NCBI GenBank assembly: GCA_044866005.1
Contig: JBIOTN010000050.1
Coordinates: 1-14,855, forward strand
Length of the DNA stretch: 14,855 nucleotides
Direction of reading: 5' to 3'
From: Candidatus Rokuibacteriota bacterium
Lineage (GTDB): Bacteria; Methylomirabilota; Methylomirabilia; Rokubacteriales; DASRDR01
Every line of letters begins with the position of its first letter. Position 1 is the first letter of the stretch. A program made the position numbers and the translations under genes. Under the pieces are notes generated by a model. The model was not told where the DNA came from and ran no database searches. It saw only the letters and a program-made list of their open reading frames with translations. Positions 5,971 to 13,465 of the stretch are shown here, piece after piece.

Positions 5971-7602
5971 ATGAGAAAGAGCGGAGACCTCGGCAAGCCA
6001 GGAGTGGGCGGCGCGGCGGCAGCCGAGCAAGCCCGTACCACGCCGGCCGCAGCCAGCGGCGGGCTCGAGGAACTCCGCGTCCTCGTCGTCGACGACCATG
6101 CGCCCGTCCTCCGGTTTCTCTCGTTCGCCTTCGCCTCCAACGGTTGTCTCGTCACCACGGCGCCCACCGCGGAGGAGGCGCTCGAGCTGATCGCCGAGCA
6201 GACCTACGATCTCGTGGTCTCGGACATCAAGATGCCGGGCCTCAGCGGGCTCGACGTCCTCCAGGCCGTCAAGGGTAAGCAGCCCGGGACGCCCGTGGTG
6301 CTCATCACGGGCCAGCCGTCGGTCGACACCGCCGTCTTCGGGCTTCGCCACCAGGCCTACGACTACCTCCCCAAACCGTTCTCGACCGACGAGGTCAGGC
6401 AGCTGATCGAGCGCGTCCGTCAGGATCGCAAGAGCCGGGACGAGAGCGCGAGCGCGCCGACCCACCTCACGAAGGAGCTGGCCCGGCGCCAGTTCGGCAT
6501 CGAGGTGCTCTCGCGCCTCGGCGAACTCGCCCTGGAGGGGCTCGAGACGTCGGTCTTCCTGGACCGCGCCCTCGAGTACATCAACACCAGCCTCACCGGC
6601 GACGCCGCGGTGATCCTGCTGCGCGACGACGAGGGCAATTTCACCGCCAGCCAGAAGGGCGACGCCTCCGTGGCCGGCCAGCTGGCGAGCCTGGGGCGAG
6701 GCTGGTTCGACACCCTCCACAAGTCGGCCGAGAAGGACGCCGTGAGCAGCCCGGCGGGCCCCGAGCAGTCCTTCGCGGCGCTGGCGGTCGTGATCCCGGG
6801 CGTCGGCACCCCGGTGGGGATCCTCTGCCTGGGCCGCGACCAGGGGCGGGAGTTCCTGGCGGACGAGAAAGAGCTCCTCCCGAGCTACGCCCGAACGATC
6901 GCCGTCTCCCTGCAGAAGATCCTCCTCGGAGAGAACCTCGAGGGCAACCTGATCGACACGATCTCGTCCTTCGTCATCGCCCTGGAGTCCAAGGACGTCT
7001 ACCTGAAGGGGCACTCGGCCCGCGTCTCGCTCTACGCCGGAGAGATCGCCAAGGCCCTCGGGCTGGCCGCGCCGCAAGTGGCCCTGGCCCGGCGGGTGGG
7101 GATCCTCCACGACCTCGGGAAGCTCGTGGTCATGGATTCCATCCTCCAGAAGCCGGGGCGGCTCACGAACGAGGAGCTGGTCCAGATGCGGGGTCACCCC
7201 CTCAGCGCGGCGAAGATCCTCCGCCCGCTCCGGTTCCTGGCGCAGGAAGCGGACGCCATCAAGCGGCACCACGAGCGCTTCGACGGCAAGGGATACCCGG
7301 ACGGTCTGGCGGGCGAGGACATCCCGCTGCCGGCTCGGATCGTGACGGTGGCGGACTCCTTCGACGCGATGACGTCGAAGCGGCCGTACCGGAGCGCGAT
7401 TCCGCTGGAGAAGGCGGTGGAGGAGATCCTCTCGCATGCCGGCGCCCAGTTCGATCCCGTCGTGACCGAAGCCTTTGCCCGGATTCCGCTGGACCGGCTG
7501 AGCGAGATCAACCGCTTCTACGACAACGAGCGCGACTCGATGCCCGACACCCCGGCGCCGGCGGCGCCGGCCGCTGCGGCGTCCTACGGCCGGACGCGGT
7601 GA
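5971..7602 (+). CDS. Response regulator / cyclic-di-GMP phosphodiesterase, REC - GAF-like - HD-GYP
   Basis: ATG 5971 with AAAGGA RBS; the ORF-track start 5794 overlaps the promoter. REC: VLVVDDH...VVSDIKMPGLSG...LITG...YLPKPF. GAF-like: VGILCLGRDQGREFLADEKELL. HD-GYP: ESKD...GHSARV, LHDLGK, HP, HHERFDGKGYPDGL, ARIVTVADSFDAMTSKRPYR, QFDP. Confidence 0.95.
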   Translation: MRKSGDLGKPGVGGAAAAEQARTTPAAASGGLEELRVLVVDDHAPVLRFLSFAFASNGCLVTTAPTAEEALELIAEQTYDLVVSDIKMPGLSGLDVLQAVKGKQPGTPVVLITGQPSVDTAVFGLRHQAYDYLPKPFSTDEVRQLIERVRQDRKSRDESASAPTHLTKELARRQFGIEVLSRLGELALEGLETSVFLDRALEYINTSLTGDAAVILLRDDEGNFTASQKGDASVAGQLASLGRGWFDTLHKSAEKDAVSSPAGPEQSFAALAVVIPGVGTPVGILCLGRDQGREFLADEKELLPSYARTIAVSLQKILLGENLEGNLIDTISSFVIALESKDVYLKGHSARVSLYAGEIAKALGLAAPQVALARRVGILHDLGKLVVMDSILQKPGRLTNEELVQMRGHPLSAAKILRPLRFLAQEADAIKRHHERFDGKGYPDGLAGEDIPLPARIVTVADSFDAMTSKRPYRSAIPLEKAVEEILSHAGAQFDPVVTEAFARIPLDRLSEINRFYDNERDSMPDTPAPAAPAAAASYGRTR

Positions 7603-7766
7603 GGATCGGGATGCCGCGACGGGAGGCCCGTCCGGATCTCCGGGCGCCGGGCGCCGCGGTGTCGCGGGTTCTGTGCGGTGCCACCCCGACCGTCCGGACG
7701 ATGGGGCGCCGCGCCCGGGTGTCTCCCCTCTCGGCGACCCGAGCGGATTCGCGGACGAGCGCTTTC

Positions 7767-7796
7767 TTGACGCCTCCGGGCCGCCGCTGCTAGTGT
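7767..7796 (+). promoter_or_regulatory. sigma70-type promoter upstream of the histidine kinase gene
   Basis: TTGACG - 18 nt - TAGTGT, with an extended -10 TG(c) immediately before the -10 hexamer, in the intergenic region. Confidence 0.55.
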
Positions 7797-7963
7797 CCCG
7801 GGGGTGAAGCGGGAGGGCACGCCACGTGCTGGGCGGGCTCGTGGGGCCGGCGTGGAGCGCCCGCCGACGCGAACGCCGCGGCCGGCAGGGCCACGCGCCG
7901 GGCCCGCCCTCCCTGACTCTCCGGTCGTCCCTCGGATCCCTGGCTCGCCACCCTGGTAGGACC

Positions 7964-10273
7964 GTGCGGGTCGCGTCCCACGCCCGGCTCCTGGCGACCC
8001 TGGGCCTCGTGCTGGTCCTCGGGGTCTCCCTGGCTCTCGCCGTCCACGTCAGGGGCGATGCGCCGCGCTTGCTCCTCCTCGGCGGCGTGGCGGCGGCGCT
8101 CGGCGCCGGCGCGGGCGTGAGCCTCCTGCTCGGCCGCCGCGTGAAGCGGCCGCGCCTGGCGCCGGGCACGACGACCGCGGAGCGCGGCGCGGTGGATGGC
8201 GAGCCGGACCCGATCGGGCCCGCGGCGGCGCGTCACGGCTCCGACCCCGGCCACCGGCAGGATGTCCTCGACCGGGCGCGCCGAGAGGCGGAGACCTTCG
8301 TCGAGGTCCAGCAGGACCTGGCCGAGACGCTCGACCTCATTCCCGTCCTGCAGAAGATCGCGCGACACGCCCGCCACCTCTGCCGGAGCGATCTCGCCTA
8401 CATCGCCCCCTTCGACGTGCGGGCCGGCGTCGCCAGGATCGTGGCCCTGATGGGGGAGCGGTCGACGGCCCTGCGACATCTGCGGATCGCGCCGGGTCAC
8501 GGGGTGGCGGGCCGCGCGTTGCAGACGCGGAAGCCGTTCCGCACGGCGAACTATCTGGAGGATCCGCAGCTCCCGGACGGCTACGCCGACCCGGTGGGCG
8601 CCGAGGGAGTCGTCGCGACGCTGGCCGTGCCGATGATCCTGGACCAGGAGCTCATCGGCGTCATCTTCGTCGCCAATCGCACGGCGGCCCCGTTCAGCGA
8701 GCACGACGAGGCCATCCTCCTGCGCCTGGCGGTCCCCGCGGCGCTCGCCATCCGCAACGCGCGGCTGGTGACCGAGCTGGCCCAGGAACGGGACCTCCTG
8801 GCGGTGCGCTCGCGCGAGCTGGCCCGGTCGGGCGCGCAGCTCCGCGGCATCGTGGAAGCCGCCACCGACGCCATCATGACCATCGACCCGCTGGGCCGGA
8901 TCACGTCGGTGAACCGTGCGGCCCAGACGATGTTCGGCTACAGCGCGGACGAGCTGCTGGCCCGGGATCTGCACACGCTGATCCCCACCCCGGCGGCCGA
9001 CCGGGGCGGGTACCTGGCCGCCGACCCGCGCGGCGGCGACGGCCGGCGTCGCGAGCTGGAGGGCCTCCGGCGGGACGGGTCCCGCTTCCCGATCGAGCTG
9101 AGCGTCAGCGTGGTGCGGACCGAGGACGACCACTTCTTCGCCGTGGTCGCCCGCGACATCACGGAGCGGAAGCGGGCCTACGAGACGCGATTCCAGCTCG
9201 CCTCGATCGTGGAATCCTCCGACGACGCCATCATCGGCTGGACGCCCGACCTGACGATCGTCAGCTGGAACCCGGGCGCGGAGCGCGTCTACGGGTACGC
9301 GGCCGGCGAGGCCAAGGGCCGGCCCTTCTCCATGCTGGTGCCCCCCGACCGGTTGGACGAGGTTCCGCAGTTCGTCGAGCGCATCGAGCGGGGGGAGCGC
9401 GTGGAAAACTACGAGACGGTCCGCGTGACGAAGGACGGCCGGCTGATCGACGTCTCGCTGACCACCTCGCCGATCCGGGACGAAGCCGGGCGCCTCACGG
9501 GGTTTTCGACCATCGCGCGGGACATCACCCAGCGGAAGGCGATCGAGCGGATGAAGGAGGAGTTCATCGCCACCGTCTCCCACGAGCTGCGGACGCCGCT
9601 CAGCGCCATCAAGGGATACCTCGAGCTGGTCGCGGACGGGGAGGCCGGACCGGTCAGGGACCTCCAGCAGGAGTTCCTGGCGATCGCCAGCCAGAACACC
9701 GACCGGCTCGGCGCCCTGATCGACGACCTCCTCGACGTGGCGAAGATCGAGGCCGGGAAGATCCAGCTCCGGCGGGAGCCGCTCGACCTGGCCGCCGTGA
9801 TCACGGAGGTCGTGTCCACCTTCCGCTTCGAGGCGGAGCGCAAAGGCCTGGCGTTCCGCGAAGAGATCCCGGCGCTGCCCGTCATCATGGGCGACCGGGA
9901 TCGACTCATCCAGGTCTTCGCCAACCTCGTGTCCAACGCCATCAAGTACACCCCCAGCGGCGAGGTGGGCGTCCGCGCCGCGCGCGCCGACGGCCACGTG
10001 GAGGTCGTCGTCCACGACACCGGCATCGGGATCTCCAGCGAGGAGCAGAAGCAGCTCTTCAGCAAGTTCTTCCGCAGCCAGGAGACGCTGGTCCGGGACG
10101 CCCGGGGCACCGGGCTCGGGCTGGCGATCGCCAAGGGCGTCGTGGAGCGCCACGGCGGCAGCATCGCGGTGGAGAGCCAGAAGGGCGTGGGGACGCGCTT
10201 CCGGGTGACGCTGCCGCTCTCCCTCGCGGACACCGGCGCCCCGCCGCCCGGCCCGGCCGATCCCTACCGTTGA
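7964..10273 (+). CDS. Sensor histidine kinase: 2 TM - GAF - PAS - PAS - HisKA - HATPase_c
   Basis: Start uncertain (GTG 7964 chosen; frame open from 7826). Two hydrophobic segments with a very short loop. GAF: GHGVAGRALQT...LAVPMILDQELIGVIFVANR...FSEHDE. Two PAS domains ending RDITERK and RDITQRK. H-box VSHELRTPL, N-box NLVSNAIKYT, G1 DTGIGI, G2 GTGLGLAI. Confidence 0.93.
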   Translation: MRVASHARLLATLGLVLVLGVSLALAVHVRGDAPRLLLLGGVAAALGAGAGVSLLLGRRVKRPRLAPGTTTAERGAVDGEPDPIGPAAARHGSDPGHRQDVLDRARREAETFVEVQQDLAETLDLIPVLQKIARHARHLCRSDLAYIAPFDVRAGVARIVALMGERSTALRHLRIAPGHGVAGRALQTRKPFRTANYLEDPQLPDGYADPVGAEGVVATLAVPMILDQELIGVIFVANRTAAPFSEHDEAILLRLAVPAALAIRNARLVTELAQERDLLAVRSRELARSGAQLRGIVEAATDAIMTIDPLGRITSVNRAAQTMFGYSADELLARDLHTLIPTPAADRGGYLAADPRGGDGRRRELEGLRRDGSRFPIELSVSVVRTEDDHFFAVVARDITERKRAYETRFQLASIVESSDDAIIGWTPDLTIVSWNPGAERVYGYAAGEAKGRPFSMLVPPDRLDEVPQFVERIERGERVENYETVRVTKDGRLIDVSLTTSPIRDEAGRLTGFSTIARDITQRKAIERMKEEFIATVSHELRTPLSAIKGYLELVADGEAGPVRDLQQEFLAIASQNTDRLGALIDDLLDVAKIEAGKIQLRREPLDLAAVITEVVSTFRFEAERKGLAFREEIPALPVIMGDRDRLIQVFANLVSNAIKYTPSGEVGVRAARADGHVEVVVHDTGIGISSEEQKQLFSKFFRSQETLVRDARGTGLGLAIAKGVVERHGGSIAVESQKGVGTRFRVTLPLSLADTGAPPPGPADPYR

Positions 10274-10360
10274 TCGGCCGACGGCCGCCCCCGCCGACCA
10301 CGCCGCGAGCCGGTCGCCCGATCCCCGGCCCGGAGCCCGCCCTCCGCAGGGCGGCGCGAC

Positions 10361-10387
10361 CAAAAAAAGCATCGCGATCGCCGAAAT
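10361..10387 (+). promoter_or_regulatory. Possible sigma28 (FliA/SigD)-type promoter for the polysaccharide operon
   Basis: CAAA-N15-GCCGAAAT versus consensus TAAA-N15-GCCGATAA. Spacing is exact and it sits about 35 nt before the predicted TTG start, but there are three mismatches. Confidence 0.35.
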
Positions 10388-10421
10388 GTGTCGGAAAATA
10401 GCGGGGTTGGACGGAGGCGTA

Positions 10422-11195
10422 TTGGAGGCGCGATCCGGGATCTCGGCGCTCGGGCCTCACCGGGCGTACCGCCGGCTGTCGGTCCTGACGCCGACGACCG
10501 TGGGGTTGTCCGTCTTGCTGATGGTCGGCCTCGAATGTGGCCTCCTCCTCTTCCTCCCGGAGGTCGTCCGGGTCTTCGGCTTCGCGACGTTCGCAATGGT
10601 CCGCTTCGTCGGCACCGCCGCGTGGCTGGGGAACGACGAGTTCCTGGGCGTGCCGCTCTTCCCGATCGTCTTCGGCAGCATCCCCCCGGCGGACTATCAG
10701 AGCCTGCTCGCCTGGCTCGGCGGCAGCGTCGCGGGCATCCTGGCGCTCCGGCGCGCCCAGCGCGTGGTCGCGCCGCTCCGCTTCCTGCTCGTCTACAACC
10801 TGCTCCTGATGGCCGCCTCCGCTCTCTACCTGCTCTTCGCGGGCCATCTCGGCTACGACGCCGAGGAGTTCTCGCGCCTGTACTTGAGAACCGTCGTCAT
10901 CATCTGGCTGGTCACGCCCGTCTTCATGGCCGCGCTGAGCCTGACCTTGCCGTTCTCCCCGCTCGACCGCGTGGGGCTGATCGTCCTGACGCTGCTCTAC
11001 GACGTCACCTTCTCGGCGGTGCGGTACGCCCTCTTCGTGTGGCTTCTCACGCGCCTCGGCGCCGTGGTGATGGCCAACCTCTACCTCTTCCTGGGTCCGC
11101 TCCTCGACGTCGTGTATTTCGTCGGGATCTTCGCCCTCTTCGTGCTGCGGTTGACGCGGCGGCTGGGACGGAACCCCGAGTTCCAGGCGTGGTAG
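10422..11195 (+). CDS. Polytopic membrane protein of unknown function (about 6-7 TM), first gene of the putative polysaccharide operon
   Basis: Multiple hydrophobic segments with GC3-rich codon usage in this frame. TTG 10422 follows GGAGG (10413-10417); alternative ATG at 10386. Its stop overlaps the GT2 start. Confidence 0.8.
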   Translation: MEARSGISALGPHRAYRRLSVLTPTTVGLSVLLMVGLECGLLLFLPEVVRVFGFATFAMVRFVGTAAWLGNDEFLGVPLFPIVFGSIPPADYQSLLAWLGGSVAGILALRRAQRVVAPLRFLLVYNLLLMAASALYLLFAGHLGYDAEEFSRLYLRTVVIIWLVTPVFMAALSLTLPFSPLDRVGLIVLTLLYDVTFSAVRYALFVWLLTRLGAVVMANLYLFLGPLLDVVYFVGIFALFVLRLTRRLGRNPEFQAW

Positions 11196-12433
11196 TCCTC
11201 CTCCAGGGCTGGATGGTCGTCCTCGCGGTCGTGATGCTGCTCTACGCCATCCGGCACCTCGTGCTGACGGTGGCGCGCGCGGCGGCCCGGCAGCGGCCGT
11301 GCTACCAGGACGTGCTGGACAGCGAGTGTCCGCCCATCACCGTGCTCATTCCCATGCACAACGAGGAGGCCGTCGCCGACGGCGTGCTGGCCGCCCTCAT
11401 CCGGAGCGACTACCCGAAGGACAAGCTGGAGATCATCCCGATCGACGACCACTCCCAGGACGGGACGGCCGAGATCCTCCAGCGCTACAGCGCGGCGTAC
11501 CCCTTCATCAAGCCGCTCCACCGGCGCGCCGGCCCGCGCGGGAAGCCGTCCGGACTGAACGACGCGCTCGCGCTGGCCTCCCACGAGATCATCCTCGTCT
11601 TCGACGCCGACTACCAGCCCTCGCGCGACCTGGTCCGCGAGCTGGCCATGGCCTTCATCGATCCGGAAGTCGGCGCGGTGATGGGCCGCGTCGTGCCGAA
11701 GAACACGGCGGCCGGCCTGCTCACGCGCCTGCTCGAGCTGGAGCGCTCGGGCGGCTACCAGGTCGATCAGCAGGCCCGGTACACGCTCGACCTGGTCCCG
11801 CAGTACGGGGGGACCGTCGGCGGCTTCCGCCGGTCGGTCGTGCTCTCGTGGGGCGGCTTCGATCCCCGCGTGCTGGCGGAAGACACCGACCTCACCTTTC
11901 GCATGTACACGCGCGGCTGGAAGGTCGCCTACGCCAACCGCGCGGAGTGCTACGAGGAGGCGCCCGAGACCTGGGACGTGCGCTTCCGGCAGCTGCGGCG
12001 CTGGGCCCGAGGCCACACGCAGGTGATGCTCCGGCAGTGGCTCCTCCTGCCGCGTTCGCCCTACCTGAGCCCGCGGCAGAAGCTGGACGCCATGCTGCTC
12101 CTGGGCATCTACCTCGTGCCGCCTCTGCTGATGAGCGGGTTGGCGGCCAGCCTGATCCTCTTCCTGACGGGCTCCATCCCCGCGTGGGAGACGATCGTCC
12201 TCAGCTTCGCCATGGTCTCCTACAACGCCTTCGGCAACTTCGCGCCGTTCTACCAGGTCGCCGCCGCGGGCTTGCTGGACGGGATGCGCGAGCGGCTGCA
12301 GCTCCTGCCCTTCCTCTTCTTCATGTACCTCTACAACAGCTGGGCCGTCACCTCGGGCATCGTCGACGCGCTGGTCGATCTCGGGCAGAAGCGGATGCCG
12401 ACCTGGGACAAGACCAAGCGGTTCCGGCAGTGA
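11189..12433 (+). CDS. Processive family-2 glycosyltransferase (PgaC/IcaA/cellulose-synthase-like polysaccharide synthase)
   Basis: GTG 11189 overlaps the previous stop; the ORF-track extension to 10388 is off-frame read-through of the upstream gene. N-terminal TM, then ITVLIPMHNEE, IDDHSQDGT, GKPSGLN, FDAD, AEDTDL, QLRRWARG (D,D,D,QxxRW) and several C-terminal TMs. No PilZ domain. Confidence 0.93.
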   Translation: MVVLLQGWMVVLAVVMLLYAIRHLVLTVARAAARQRPCYQDVLDSECPPITVLIPMHNEEAVADGVLAALIRSDYPKDKLEIIPIDDHSQDGTAEILQRYSAAYPFIKPLHRRAGPRGKPSGLNDALALASHEIILVFDADYQPSRDLVRELAMAFIDPEVGAVMGRVVPKNTAAGLLTRLLELERSGGYQVDQQARYTLDLVPQYGGTVGGFRRSVVLSWGGFDPRVLAEDTDLTFRMYTRGWKVAYANRAECYEEAPETWDVRFRQLRRWARGHTQVMLRQWLLLPRSPYLSPRQKLDAMLLLGIYLVPPLLMSGLAASLILFLTGSIPAWETIVLSFAMVSYNAFGNFAPFYQVAAAGLLDGMRERLQLLPFLFFMYLYNSWAVTSGIVDALVDLGQKRMPTWDKTKRFRQ

Positions 12434-13461
12434 GCCTCGAAGCGCTGGTCCTGCTGGTCGCGTTCCTGGGGCTGCTGGCCCTGCCGCTGATGCCCGGGTT
12501 CCGGGAGCTGTGGCGCCCGCGCGACAACCAGCCGATCGACATCGATCCGAACGCGACCGCGAATCCACGGGAGGCCGGCCTGTCGTTCCGGCAGCTCGTC
12601 CGTCCGCTCCTCGCGCCAGCGGGCGCGGCGGCGCCTGCTCCGTCTCCGCTCGACGCCGCCCGGCCCACGCCCTACGAGGTTCACCAGGACCTCCGTGTCC
12701 CGCCCGATGCCCGCCGCCCGGTCCGGCTCCTGGCGCTCGGCGGCGCCGAGATCGGCGACCGGGCGGACCTCGCCGACGTCTACGTCGACGGCCCGGTACG
12801 GGCGGGCGCGGACGTGCGGTTCTCGGCGCTGGCCGCGGAAGGCGATCTCACGCTGGGCGCCCGGTGCGTCGTCGAGGAGTGGGTCGATACCGAGACGACC
12901 GCCTGGATCGGCCCCGGCTGCGAGCTGGGGCGGTCCGCGAGCGCGGGCCGGGAGTTGCACCTCGGCGCCGGCTGCGTCTTCCGGCGGCTCTGGGGTCTGC
13001 CGATCAGCACCGAGACGGCGGCGGCCGGGGAGGCCATGCCGGAGGCCGCGCCCGGGCGCCCGGGCCTCCGCACGATCGACGACGTCGTGGTGTGGGCGGG
13101 GCGCCGACTGACGCTCCCCGCCGGGCTCGTCCTGGAGCGTGACCTCGTCGTCTACGGCGAGGTCGAGGTGGGGGCCGGCAGCGTCATCCGCGGCACCATC
13201 AAGGCCCACGGCGCCATCCAGCTCGCCGAAGGCGTGCAGGTGGACGCGAACCTGATCTGTCGGCGCGACGTCCGGATCGCCGGCGGCGCCCGAATCGGCG
13301 GGAACGTCGTCGCCGAGGGCGACGTCTTCATCGGTCCCGGGACGCAGATCGGCCAGAAAGACGGCTTCAAGAGCGTGTACGCCACGGGCCGTGTGACGCT
13401 GTCAGCCGACGTGCTGGTCTTCGGCCGGGTCGTCGCCGAGCGGGGCGGGTCCGTGGCCTGA
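12430..13461 (+). CDS. Membrane-anchored beta-helix protein with two bactofilin-like (polymer-forming cytoskeletal) blocks
   Basis: GTG 12430 overlaps the GT2 stop (GTGA). N-terminal TM LVLLVAFLGLLALPLMP. Two runs of about 17-residue V/I/G-rich repeats (e.g. DLVVYGEVEVGAGSVIR / TIKAHGAIQLAEGVQVD / NLICRRDVRIAGGARIG / NVVAEGDVFIGPGTQIG) are separated by an Ala/Pro linker. Confidence 0.75.
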   Translation: MSLEALVLLVAFLGLLALPLMPGFRELWRPRDNQPIDIDPNATANPREAGLSFRQLVRPLLAPAGAAAPAPSPLDAARPTPYEVHQDLRVPPDARRPVRLLALGGAEIGDRADLADVYVDGPVRAGADVRFSALAAEGDLTLGARCVVEEWVDTETTAWIGPGCELGRSASAGRELHLGAGCVFRRLWGLPISTETAAAGEAMPEAAPGRPGLRTIDDVVVWAGRRLTLPAGLVLERDLVVYGEVEVGAGSVIRGTIKAHGAIQLAEGVQVDANLICRRDVRIAGGARIGGNVVAEGDVFIGPGTQIGQKDGFKSVYATGRVTLSADVLVFGRVVAERGGSVA

Positions 13462-13465
13462 GCCG

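Noticed and set aside
10337..10354. Hairpin CCGCCCT-CCGC-AGGGCGG after the kinase stop as an intrinsic terminator
   Set aside because: No U-tract follows on either strand in the right position (an A-run lies downstream on the plus strand), so it is not supportable as a terminator.
5761..10372. 802-aa and 860-aa minus-strand ORFs
   Set aside because: Antisense shadows of the HD-GYP and histidine kinase genes, which carry clear domain motifs on the plus strand.
10388..12429. Long N-terminal extensions of the GT2 (from 10388) and beta-helix (from 11299) ORFs, suggesting overlapping genes or frameshift fusions
   Set aside because: The extensions are Arg/Pro/Gly-rich off-frame translations of the upstream genes; GTG starts overlapping the upstream stops explain the layout.
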